Below, in pieces: positions 8,254 to 18,011 of a stretch of 64,000 bases of DNA; position 1 is the first letter of the stretch; each line of letters starts with the position of its first letter. Position numbers and translations under genes: made by a program. The notes under the pieces are model-generated. The model was not told the origin of the DNA. It ran no database searches and worked only from the letters and a program-made list of their open reading frames with translations. The DNA is from a virus. Taxonomy: Duplodnaviria; Caudoviricetes. The stretch spans positions 64,001 to 128,000 of the IMG/VR virus record IMGVR_UViG_3300015608_003951. One strand, 5' to 3'.

Positions 8254-11200
8254 ATGTCATCCGCCGGCAAGCCCATCACCTTTGCAGGTGTGCGAGTACG
8301 CGTTGATCGCCCTGTAGGCTACGTGCAGGAGGGTAGGGGTAAGGACGGGAAGCCCTGGAAGCGAGTCTACAAGAACGACTACGGGTACATTCCCGGCACG
8401 CAGGGAGGGGATGGGGAAGGGCTTGATGTGTTCCTTGGCCCGGATCCCGAGTCCAAGGAGGCCTTCATGGCCGTCCAGAAGAAGGGCGACAAATCCTTCG
8501 ACGAGTTCAAGCTCTTCCTCGGGTTCCCCGACAAGGCCGCGGCCACCAGGTGCTACACCGACCACATCCCGAAGAGGTTCTTGGACGCCATGTTCTCGAT
8601 TCCCCTGGGCATCATTCAGGGTCTCACGGGCAAGCCCCCCGAGGTCAAGCTTGCTTCGGGTGAGGACGACGACAACCCCCTTGCTAAGTTGATGGACATC
8701 CCGGGCATCGCCGCGATGCTGAAGCGTCAGGGTGTCGCTCCCGGAGCCTTGGCCCCCTCTTCCAAAGCCTTGGATTTCCTCGAAGCTTACAAGCAGTCCA
8801 ACCCAGAGCCCGACGCGTGGGATCAGACGGAGGCTTATCACGCCTGGCAGAAGGCTAGGAGTGAGGCCGCCAGGAAGCAGATCATGGAGTATGCGCAGGA
8901 CCACCCTCTGATGGGCCCTGAGCAGATGAAGGCTCTGGAGGCCAAGTTGCAGGACCCCAACGGCGACGACCCGGCCTACGCCGTGGATCGCTACAAGAAG
9001 TGGTACGCCCAGCCCGAACGCTTTGCTGAGCCGGCGCCCAATACGCTACTGCATGCACAGCAATCTGCCGAAAAGGCTATCGCCGAAAAGAAGGGCCTCA
9101 GGCCGGCACAGCAGGCTGCCTACAATCGTCTGGTTACGCCCAACCCCGTGGAGCGAGATTCGGGGCTTGATGCGTGGTCCGCGGGGCAGGCCGTGGGTAA
9201 CCCTCGCAGCATAGGGGGCTTGAGGCACCTCACGGACGAGGAGCAGTCGGCGCTCACCCAAGGGCTCCCGCTGTCGGAGTTGGAGCAGAAGTACCGCAAC
9301 AACACCAAATCACCTCTGGATGTTCACGGGGTGAGACGGGGGGAGCTCACGTACCCAGATGGGATCACCCCCAGGTTCATCCACAGGGATGCAGCCAGGC
9401 CCTCCGAAGCGGCGGATGCGATCGAGCTGCTGAAGAAGCCGGACCTCCTCTCTGCGATCGAGGAGCGGATGGGTGGGCTCTCCAAGGAGTACACCCCCGC
9501 CCAGATTGAAGCGGCCAAGAAGGAGTTCGCCGAGAAGCGAAAAACGGCTCTCCACGGCATGGCCATGCGCGCGGGCGCTAACGTCTACCTACCCAACTTC
9601 GCAAAGAACTTGCTGGGCACGCCCGAGGAGTTGACTGCGGCCCACGGGGCGGAAAAGGCCACTGGGCTCAAGCGCCTCGGCCAGCTGATCCACGGGACAC
9701 GCCTGACGGCCCTGCGTGACCAGCTAGAGAGCATGGACTTGCGTGACCCTCGGCGTGTGCCCTTGCTCCAGGAGCTGGGTGCGGAGAGCGAGCCTGTCTA
9801 TAAGGGCCAGAACGCTCTTACGGCAGCCTCCTTGGCCATGCCGACGATCGCCAAGTACACCCCCGTTGCCCTTGCCGGTGCGATTGGGGGTAAGGCCGCT
9901 CTACGCCGTAAGATGCTGGACAGCATGGGTAGCCCCCTCCTGAGCAAGGAGGAGCGTGCCCTGCCCGAGGAGGATCGAGACAAGCTGATCATGGAGCGCA
10001 GCTCGATGGCTCGCATGTTGTTCGGCGAGTCGAAGGAGACTCCGGATTTCACGGCAGCGGATGCGCGCAACCTGGCGGTGGGCGGTGCAGTCATCGGGCA
10101 TGGGTTGCAGGCCACGGCGCCTGAAACGCTGGAGAAGCTGGTGGGGGCTCGGCGCTTCTGGCACGGCACGACCATGGATGCTGCTAAGAGCATCCTCGGG
10201 GACGGCACGAACCCCGGCACGGGCATCGATCCGGGCCTTGGCGGCCGTGTAGGCGGCGCTGCCTGGAGAAACACGCAGAAGCAGCATCTGACGGACACCA
10301 TGGCGGCCCTGGCTAATGTGGTGATCCCGGAGAACATGAAAGCCCAGGTGCAGGCACTCCTGGAGCAGAAGGCCATGGATTCCGGGCTGGACCCTGCGCT
10401 CATCAAGACGGATACGCATTGGGGTCTAGCGTCCGGGGCCAAGTCCACCCAGCCTGGCGTGAACGTGCCGGGCCTCAAGGCCCTGGGTGCGGCTCGTCTG
10501 GGCGGGGGTGCTCTGGACATCTTGTCCGCCGGCATAGGTGATGGTAAGGATGGGCTGATCGACCTGGAGAAAATGCCCGGCGGGCCCGTTGCAGAGTTTA
10601 TCAAGGCCACGCAGGCGACGGCAGCGGGCAGGCCCGACGTGGACGTGGATGCTTCTGGCTTTGTGGAGCGTGCCAAGCGCACCCCCTTCATCGCCACCGC
10701 TCCTGGTGCAGCACAGCAGTACGCGCTGATGCAGAACCCCGAGATGGCTGCGGGCCGAGTTCAGCGTGCGCAGCAGCACCTCAGCAAGGGCCAGCTGATC
10801 AAGGCCATCAAGGCCTTTGTGACGGGCATGCCTCAAGAGGGGGCCAGCCCTGTGATCGGGGGTGCCATGCCCGAAAACGTGTTCCGGCGCGACTGGACTC
10901 GCGACCCTGACGACACGGAACAGGCGGGCAAGGCCTTCAAGCTCAACGAGGCAGCGCGCTCCAAGGTGCCCGAGTATGAGCCTGGCTTCTGGCCCACCAA
11001 GGCGGCCCCTCACGCTATCCAGCCCGAGCAGCTGGCCGCCAACGACGTCTCGCTCAAGCAGATCATTCAGAACCGGGCACAGAACATGGGTGAGTACATC
11101 CGTGGAACCAACGTGCCGGATGACGAGCGCCTTCTCGGCCTGAACAAGCGGTTCCTCTCCGGCGTGGGCAGGCTCGGGGGTACGGCGCTCGGCACGGCTG

Positions 11201-11577
11201 CGGTCTATCACGGCTCCGGAGCCCACAACGCCGTGAAGAAGCTCGTGCGCAAGGGCAAGGAGAAGTACGAAGAGTACAAGAACCAGTCCCCAGCAGCCGC
11301 GGTGGAGGCCCCAGCTCCCCCCGCGGCTCCTCCTCCCTTGGAGGACAAGCAAGCTGCGGATCTCACGGCGGCATCCAGGGACAAGATCAAGGACAAGAAC
11401 TTTGCTCTGCCCGACAGGCGCTACCCCATCCACGACCTGTCTCATGCCAGGGCCGCCTTGAGCATGGTGGCCAGGCACGGCACCCCTGAGGAGAAAAGCA
11501 AGGTACATGCGGCTGTGGCAGCCAAATGGCCCGCTCTCGCCGCTCGCAGCGTGAGCCTGGCCAAGGATCCTGGCTAA
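8254..11577 (+). CDS. putative virion cargo polyprotein: inorganic pyrophosphatase-like, ADP-ribosyltransferase-like and small C-terminal domains
   Basis: DYGYIPGTQGGDGEGLDVFLG..FDEFK (phage PPase-like); FWHGTT..AKSIL..G and PFIAT..AQQY (ART-like); FALPDRRYPIHDLSHARAAL. Confidence 0.65.
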   Translation: MSSAGKPITFAGVRVRVDRPVGYVQEGRGKDGKPWKRVYKNDYGYIPGTQGGDGEGLDVFLGPDPESKEAFMAVQKKGDKSFDEFKLFLGFPDKAAATRCYTDHIPKRFLDAMFSIPLGIIQGLTGKPPEVKLASGEDDDNPLAKLMDIPGIAAMLKRQGVAPGALAPSSKALDFLEAYKQSNPEPDAWDQTEAYHAWQKARSEAARKQIMEYAQDHPLMGPEQMKALEAKLQDPNGDDPAYAVDRYKKWYAQPERFAEPAPNTLLHAQQSAEKAIAEKKGLRPAQQAAYNRLVTPNPVERDSGLDAWSAGQAVGNPRSIGGLRHLTDEEQSALTQGLPLSELEQKYRNNTKSPLDVHGVRRGELTYPDGITPRFIHRDAARPSEAADAIELLKKPDLLSAIEERMGGLSKEYTPAQIEAAKKEFAEKRKTALHGMAMRAGANVYLPNFAKNLLGTPEELTAAHGAEKATGLKRLGQLIHGTRLTALRDQLESMDLRDPRRVPLLQELGAESEPVYKGQNALTAASLAMPTIAKYTPVALAGAIGGKAALRRKMLDSMGSPLLSKEERALPEEDRDKLIMERSSMARMLFGESKETPDFTAADARNLAVGGAVIGHGLQATAPETLEKLVGARRFWHGTTMDAAKSILGDGTNPGTGIDPGLGGRVGGAAWRNTQKQHLTDTMAALANVVIPENMKAQVQALLEQKAMDSGLDPALIKTDTHWGLASGAKSTQPGVNVPGLKALGAARLGGGALDILSAGIGDGKDGLIDLEKMPGGPVAEFIKATQATAAGRPDVDVDASGFVERAKRTPFIATAPGAAQQYALMQNPEMAAGRVQRAQQHLSKGQLIKAIKAFVTGMPQEGASPVIGGAMPENVFRRDWTRDPDDTEQAGKAFKLNEAARSKVPEYEPGFWPTKAAPHAIQPEQLAANDVSLKQIIQNRAQNMGEYIRGTNVPDDERLLGLNKRFLSGVGRLGGTALGTAAVYHGSGAHNAVKKLVRKGKEKYEEYKNQSPAAAVEAPAPPAAPPPLEDKQAADLTAASRDKIKDKNFALPDRRYPIHDLSHARAALSMVARHGTPEEKSKVHAAVAAKWPALAARSVSLAKDPG

Positions 11578-11596
11578 GCATGGGATAAGGGAGGGG

Positions 11597-12580
11597 ATGA
11601 AGCTACCTACCCCTGACCCGAAGAGCCCGTTCTACCCCTACCTCGTGAGCTCCAGCCTCACGCGTGCTCGCGTTTACGCGAGCGGTTACCTTGGACGCCA
11701 GAGCCAGAAGACGCTTCTGCGCCTGGACGAGGAGAAGGACCTGGAGCTCTATGCCCCCGCGCTGGCGGCGATGAACTCCTGCGGACTGGAGTTCTGTACG
11801 AGGAGCCCAGAGATTTACGACCTCCTCGCCAGCCTTGGCCACGCCTTCATGGTGGGGGGCATCGTTGAGTGCGCGCTCGACATGAAACATGTGCGTGCCG
11901 TGGCGTTCCGTACGAAGTCTCTTGCGGAGGCCGTCGAGGTGCCCAACAAGCTGAATGTGGGTATGAGCGCTTTCATAGAGATCGAGCTGCCACCCCCCGA
12001 CGAGTTCGCCAGTTTTTTGCTGTCCCGCGTCGACAACGGGATGAAGCGCCTGCTCAGTAAGTTTGTCAACGAGGGTGACTTCGACCTCCTGAGGTCTCGT
12101 ACGTTCATTACCATGGCACTCACGTGTGCCTTCAAGGCCCCCTGCAAGATACTGAGCAGCCTGCTCAGTCGAAACTGCCCCGACGACCAGCTAAACAGTG
12201 CTTCGACTCGGGACACCCGCGAGGGATCGCTTCGTTCGTTGATCTGCCCGAAGAACGCGCGAGACCCTATCGTGATGCACGAAGTAATGCACCTCGTTGT
12301 GCAACGTGTGCACCGAAAGGCGCTTTACACGCCCAAGGACCACGGCATCGCGTGTGCGGTCCTGGACGAGCGTATGCCCATGACGCACCGTTCAACCGAC
12401 CTCCGAGTTGACCTCCTGGAGGCCTGGACCCTGAACATGGATCCCGACGCGATAGAGTACCTACCGCTGCGCCTGGGGGGTACGCCTCCAGAGCTGGAGG
12501 ACGCCTATGCCGTCGCGGACACGTACCTCGGCTGCGTGTACATGGAGCTGGAGCGCGCCGGTCGTGAAATCAAACTCTTA
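11597..12580 (+). CDS. hypothetical protein with HExxH zincin-like motif, ends at TTA
   Basis: GGAGG SD; MHEVMH; TTA 12578-12580 immediately followed by a terminator. Confidence 0.55.
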
Positions 12581-12610
12581 GACCACTCGCGGGGGAGGGT
12601 GGTTCTTTTT
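12581..12610 (+). terminator. intrinsic terminator
   Basis: GACCACTC/GGGTGGTT stem (with G-U pairs) followed by CTTTTT. Confidence 0.55.
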
Positions 12611-12636
12611 AGCCCAGAACGCGGTAGCCTTTGCAC

Positions 12637-13698
12637 ATGACCGAGGCTGAAGAGCTCGCGCACCTGCACACCCTTCGGGATGCGCTTTGGGGGGATTCCT
12701 GGTGGGGGACGACCAAGACGGCATCCCCTACGTCCAGCGTACCCCAGGGCAAGATACCGAAAGATGCGGCCAGCGCCCTCCGGGACAAGATCAAGGACGG
12801 GCACTGGACGGGTGGCACGAACTCGGATGGTTATCCGAAGGTCAAGATCGACGGGAAGTCGGAGCTCGCGGCGCACGTCTTGCTCAAACTGCGGGGCACG
12901 ACCCTGAAGCCGGGGCAGATTGTCATGCACCGGGATAACGACCCCCTGAACCTCAGGCCTGGTAATCTCGTGGTGGGTACACAACGTGATAACCTGCGGC
13001 AAATGCGGGACGAGGGTAGAGATCGTCCTCGCGGAGTACACCAGGAGCCCGACGTGAAGACCGCCTTCCTCCAAGAGCTGTTCGCCAAGCTGGCCGATTT
13101 CTCGATGCCGAGCATGGCCCAGAATGATGCGAATCTGGCGCTGCACGAGAACCGCATTGTCGAGAACACGCGCAGGCAGATGAGGTCCCTGCCTGGCTAT
13201 ACCCAGGCCCAGCTGAAGTACCTCTCCAGGGTCACGCCCATCGGTGCAGGCGCGCCGGACCCCATGACGGCCCTCACGTCCCTGATGTCTCTCGACAGCC
13301 AGGCGACGGGCAAGCCCCTTCTGCAAACGATCAACGACTACGCTTACGGCGCAGGCTTTAAGCCCCAGGGCTACATCTCCAAGGGCATGCTCCAGACCAA
13401 GGGCCTGCACGACCTGGAGCTTAGCCCAGCTGACTTTGCCCCCAAGCCGGCCCCCGCAGCCCAGGCTCCTGCCGCCCCCGCTCCCGCTTCACAGCCGCAA
13501 GCCCCGGTAAGGACGGTGAATGCTGTGCCCAGGCCTGTCCCCGGGGCGCAAGCCAAACAGCTGGGCGCGGCCGCGGCCTCTGCGGCCCCCCACGTTCCTG
13601 GACCCTTGCCGCCCCCTATCCGCGTAGCCCCCGCAGCACCCAGGCCCTCCGCGGTGTCCGGGTTGGCTCGTAAACTTCCGGCCATGCGTCTTGGTTTA
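12637..13698 (+). CDS. HNH endonuclease domain fused to a Pro/Ala-rich region
   Basis: WTGGTNSDGYP..AH..VMHRDNDPLNLRPGNLVVGTQRDN; TTA two codons before TAA. Confidence 0.75.
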
Positions 13699-13715
13699 GA
13701 GTAAGCTGAGGTCCG

Positions 13716-16700
13716 ATGGCGCAGGCGGACCTCAAGCTTTTCATCCAGGAGCGGCTGCTCAAGCTCAACCCGTCGATGGACGTGGGCGATGGCTCCGAGG
13801 CAGACACGGCGGTCATCCAGCCGATCTTGAAGAGGATCGGTCCCGATCCCTTCTCGGTCGATGTCAGGGCCTTTTTGCTGGACCTGCTCAACCAGAACTT
13901 CCCCAACATGCCGACCTCCCCGGAGGACGCCATCACGGAGCTTGGCATCCTGCCGATGGAGCTCGTCGTCAGCGTGTTCACCCGCGAAGTGAAGCGGATG
14001 CTGCTGACCAAGTCTCTGCAAAACCCAGAGCTTCTCAACACCGAGGAGGCGGAGGCCCTGGGCGCCAACTGGTTTAAGGAGAGGGTGAAGGGCACCTTCT
14101 CCAAGGGGCGGGTCCGTCTCTACTTCACGCAGCCTCGCGATGCGAATGTCACCCCGGCCAACATTGCAAGCACGGCCAGCGGTTTGGGCTATGCCCCCAA
14201 CACCAAGCAGGGGATCTCTGCTGCGCAGATGCTGCTGAACCAGGAGAACGGGTACTACTACTTCGACATCAACGTAACCGCCGTGCAGGTCGGTGAGCAG
14301 TACGCGATAGGTCCCAACGAGATCGTTCAGATCGAGGGTGTCCCTGGTCTTGCCCGCATCACCAACAAGGGAAAGTTCTCCCCGGCGGTCTCGGAGGAGA
14401 CCCCGGAGGAGTACATCGCCGAGGTGCGCGCCAGCCTCGGTACGCAGTCGATGGTCACCGAGCCCGGCATCCTGGCGCAAACGCGCGACGCCTTCCCCGA
14501 GATGACTCGTATGGGCATCGTCGGCGCAGGTGACCCCCGCATGCAGCGAGACAAGCTCACCGGGTCGAGCCTCGGGCCTCCCCTTGCGGCAGGGTCAAGC
14601 GGCCACACGACGTCTGACAACGAGGGTCGCCTTACCTCCAGGCGCTTCCAGATCAGTACGCTGCTCGATCCCGGAATCGACTTCAGGTCGATTCCCGCCC
14701 CGAGCACCCTGGTACTCACGATCCAGGGGCCCGTCTTTACGGGACTCCCTGTGCGTGACGTGGAGGTGCGCAGCGTGGTTAGCGAAGACACGCTTGAGCT
14801 GGAAGACAGCATCCTACCGCTTGCAGCGGCGGACCTTGTCTGGTGCTTGCGTAGGCGGGAAATCCGACTCTCCTCCTTGCCGGGAGGTCCGCTGCTCCCG
14901 GATGCGGGGGGTCAGGCTGTTCTGCCCCCCGACACCGTCCACGTGGGGGGCATGTTTGACGCCTACGCCCGCGGTATCGGCCTCGACACAACGTCTCTCG
15001 TACTGGATCACATCGCGGATAACAAGCCCGTCCTGTCCGGGGTGGGTGCCGACGGAGTGGGCAGCACGATCACGCTTACGGACCTTCGTCTCAGCTTCGG
15101 GTACGAGATCCATGACGAGACCTGGCTAGCACTGGATACCGCAGTCCAGCTTCGCTACGCCATCCAGATCGTAGATGGGCCTGGCGCGGGGACCTACGAG
15201 CTTCTCCGCTGTGTTCAGACCCCTGGGAGCTCGCCGGTGTTCACGCTGTACGGTACGGTTCTGGCGTCGTTCACGGGGAGTCGGTGGAAGCTGCTCGACA
15301 GGCTGAACATCGAACTCACGGACCCACGAGAGACGCTCATCCGCGGGGCAGACCTGGAGACGGCGCAAGGCTCAGCGGAGATCACCACGACGGCTCTGTC
15401 CAACTTTAACGAGTACGGCGTAGCCGCGGGGCACCTGCTCCGCGTGATCTCTGGGCCCAACGAGGGGGACTACCTCGTGCTGGAGGTGATGACTGCCCCT
15501 GCTTACAGCAGGCTTCGCTTGGACCACCCGCTCCCCGCAAGCGCATCGAATCAAGCCTATGAGGTGTACCGGAGGAATGCGGCAGGTGCGATAGCTACCC
15601 CCCTCATCCGGCTTACGTCCGTCGAGCTGCTCGACAGCTCTGGGCAGCCTACGGGCACCAAGGTGCCCTACGGGGCTCCGCTCGGGGCCTACTCCCTCGG
15701 GCTTACGAACCCCGCACACGGCACCAAGCTCGAAGTGCCCAGTGCCCTGCTTGGGATCCTTAGCAACAAGCTCCCCACGGGCGCCAACGTCAACGGTCTC
15801 ACGCTAGAGGTGTCCGTGGCCGAGGCCGGAATCGTGTCCGTCACCTTCTCCGGCGTAAACCCCATCTCTGTGGCGGCGATGGTTAGCCAGATCAACGCTG
15901 CCGCGGGTTACGTCCTGGCCGGCAAGCTAGGAGATAGGCTCATCATCTACCCCATCAACGGGTACACCGAGATCGTCGGCAGCACGGACCCGGCCTCTGC
16001 GCTCACGGCTTTGTTCGGCGGCAGGTACTACCTGAACAGCCGGATGATCCGTAGCGCAGACTTCTCCTCGACCACCTTCACCAACCTCTCTCCCTCGCTT
16101 TCCATGGACTATGACGCCGTGGTCGTGTTGAGCGGCGGCCAGATCGGGTGCCGAGGTCTAGCTCGGGTGAACCCCTTCCCGCTGTCGGAGACGATCAGCT
16201 CCCCTTCCGTAGGCCTGGTGGTGCCTACGTGCATCGAGGTGCAAGGCGCCTCCTTCTACCCAGAACAGGATGTACGCCTTGTGCTTGGGGCCCGAAGCCT
16301 CGGGGTGCTCCGTGCATACTTCCTGGACCCGACCACGGTGGAGGTTGGCCCCGATACCCGTTTCACGTACACAAACGGAGGGGTGTCCTTCTCCTTCCTG
16401 CCGGACCCCTCGTTCGACGCCACCCTCTTCCCTGCCGCTCCTGCTGGAGCCAAGCCGAAGGACGGGTCTGCGACGGCGGGGAACGCGGTGCTCACGAGCG
16501 GCATGGACTTCATCCGTAAGAGGATCCGCGCTGGCGACGTCGTGGAGATTGACTACCTGCCTATCACAGGCACAGCGGTCCTGGCGGACCCTGTCGTTAA
16601 CCTGGCCTTCACCACCCTGGTGGTGTCCTTTGGCCAGGAGGCTGAGCGCAGGATCACGTTCGTCAACGACTCCGACTCCATCCCTGGAACCGACGTCACC

Positions 16701-17678
16701 CGACAGGGCGTGGCGGACCAGATCAACAATGCCCTGGGTGTCGTTGCGGCGACGATCAACGGCGCGGGACACCTTGAGCTGAACCCGGAGTTCTTGTTGG
16801 TGATCCGGCCTTCCGGTACTTCCAACGGCCTGCTGGGATTCGACACGTTCCTGGAGCAGGACAACAAGAGCGGGAACGCGGGCAGGTATGAGGTGCTCAC
16901 CCCTTCCACGACGGGGGCCACGCTTACGCGGGCACTCCCTGTCACGGAGTCGAACTTCCAGTTCAAGGTGCTGCGCCCCGGGTTCCAGCGGATCGGGGCC
17001 ACGCAGATGTCGCTACAGAAGGAGGCGCCCGGGTTTTATTACTTCGATGTGGAGGTCGTCAGCGACGGCGTTGGGGATCGCTTCAACCTGAGCGCGGGGG
17101 AGTACCTCGACGTCTCGGGGGATCGCTCCGACGGGTTCATCCTACGCACGCAGGACTCTAACCTCACCTTCTCGACGGAGGAGCAGGTCGAGATCGTTCT
17201 TAGCCGGACGATCAACGGCCTCGGGTCGAACGATGACCCGGCGGAGTCCGTGGCCCTGAGCGGCAGGACGCTGTCCCTTACGGGGGACGGTAGCGATCTG
17301 ATCTCAAGCCTCCACACCTATCTCCGCGCGGACACGCAGCGAGACATCTGTGCCAGCCCCCTGGCTCGCCACCTTACCCCTCACTTCGTGAGGCTGAGCC
17401 TGACCTACTCGGAGGGTCCCAAGGATTCCGACGCGCAGGCCTCCCTGGGCACCCTGATCCAGAGCCTCATGCCGAGCGACCAGCTGGAGACCGCTCAGAT
17501 CAACGCGAAGCTCTCTCAGCAGGGTGCCCGGGCGATCTCGAACCCGATCACCATCTACGGCGTGATCTACGGGCAAGATAGGTCGGTCTGGCTGGAGCGG
17601 AGCCAGAACGCCTTGAACGTGGATGGGCTTGCAGCTTTCTACCCGGACCTGCTGCAAGTCACTCGTCTTGCTCAGTGA
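13716..17678 (+). CDS. baseplate J-like / wedge protein
   Basis: VTAVQVGEQYAIGPNEI..ITNKGKF..EETPEEY resembles baseplate J; 1320 aa in the structural block. Confidence 0.7.
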   Translation: MAQADLKLFIQERLLKLNPSMDVGDGSEADTAVIQPILKRIGPDPFSVDVRAFLLDLLNQNFPNMPTSPEDAITELGILPMELVVSVFTREVKRMLLTKSLQNPELLNTEEAEALGANWFKERVKGTFSKGRVRLYFTQPRDANVTPANIASTASGLGYAPNTKQGISAAQMLLNQENGYYYFDINVTAVQVGEQYAIGPNEIVQIEGVPGLARITNKGKFSPAVSEETPEEYIAEVRASLGTQSMVTEPGILAQTRDAFPEMTRMGIVGAGDPRMQRDKLTGSSLGPPLAAGSSGHTTSDNEGRLTSRRFQISTLLDPGIDFRSIPAPSTLVLTIQGPVFTGLPVRDVEVRSVVSEDTLELEDSILPLAAADLVWCLRRREIRLSSLPGGPLLPDAGGQAVLPPDTVHVGGMFDAYARGIGLDTTSLVLDHIADNKPVLSGVGADGVGSTITLTDLRLSFGYEIHDETWLALDTAVQLRYAIQIVDGPGAGTYELLRCVQTPGSSPVFTLYGTVLASFTGSRWKLLDRLNIELTDPRETLIRGADLETAQGSAEITTTALSNFNEYGVAAGHLLRVISGPNEGDYLVLEVMTAPAYSRLRLDHPLPASASNQAYEVYRRNAAGAIATPLIRLTSVELLDSSGQPTGTKVPYGAPLGAYSLGLTNPAHGTKLEVPSALLGILSNKLPTGANVNGLTLEVSVAEAGIVSVTFSGVNPISVAAMVSQINAAAGYVLAGKLGDRLIIYPINGYTEIVGSTDPASALTALFGGRYYLNSRMIRSADFSSTTFTNLSPSLSMDYDAVVVLSGGQIGCRGLARVNPFPLSETISSPSVGLVVPTCIEVQGASFYPEQDVRLVLGARSLGVLRAYFLDPTTVEVGPDTRFTYTNGGVSFSFLPDPSFDATLFPAAPAGAKPKDGSATAGNAVLTSGMDFIRKRIRAGDVVEIDYLPITGTAVLADPVVNLAFTTLVVSFGQEAERRITFVNDSDSIPGTDVTRQGVADQINNALGVVAATINGAGHLELNPEFLLVIRPSGTSNGLLGFDTFLEQDNKSGNAGRYEVLTPSTTGATLTRALPVTESNFQFKVLRPGFQRIGATQMSLQKEAPGFYYFDVEVVSDGVGDRFNLSAGEYLDVSGDRSDGFILRTQDSNLTFSTEEQVEIVLSRTINGLGSNDDPAESVALSGRTLSLTGDGSDLISSLHTYLRADTQRDICASPLARHLTPHFVRLSLTYSEGPKDSDAQASLGTLIQSLMPSDQLETAQINAKLSQQGARAISNPITIYGVIYGQDRSVWLERSQNALNVDGLAAFYPDLLQVTRLAQ

Positions 17679-17997
17679 TGGGGGGGCGCATGGCGTCCCG
17701 GGCTTTGTAGATGTTGCCCGTCTTGAGGACCAGATTTGTGTGGGGGTCGAACTCCCAACCGCACCTGGTGCACCTCAGGGCGTGCCTAGGCAGCAGGCCA
17801 TGTCCCCCGTAGGCGTGCCCCGGGTTAACGAACATCGGCTCTAGCTCGGGGTTCTTGCAGGTCAAACAGGAAAACTGCCGCAAGAAGGCCTGGTCCTTCT
17901 TGCTCTCGCGCTGAAGCAGGTCGTCTTCCTTGGCGTCTCGGAAGGGTTGAACTGCTTCTTCAATAAGGGCAGGATCCATCTCGATGTATACTGGCAT
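17659..17997 (-). CDS. small zinc-ribbon protein
   Basis: CLTC...CTRC; TATAAT 9 nt upstream on the - strand. Confidence 0.6.
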   Translation of the reverse strand: MPVYIEMDPALIEEAVQPFRDAKEDDLLQRESKKDQAFLRQFSCLTCKNPELEPMFVNPGHAYGGHGLLPRHALRCTRCGWEFDPHTNLVLKTGNIYKARDAMRPPITEQDE

Positions 17998-18011
17998 GCA
18001 GGAGTCATTAT

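Noticed and set aside
2651-11589. TGGGATAAG before the genes at 2666 and 11597 as an early promoter
   Set aside because: Only two copies, both adjoining SD-like purine tracts; too few to support
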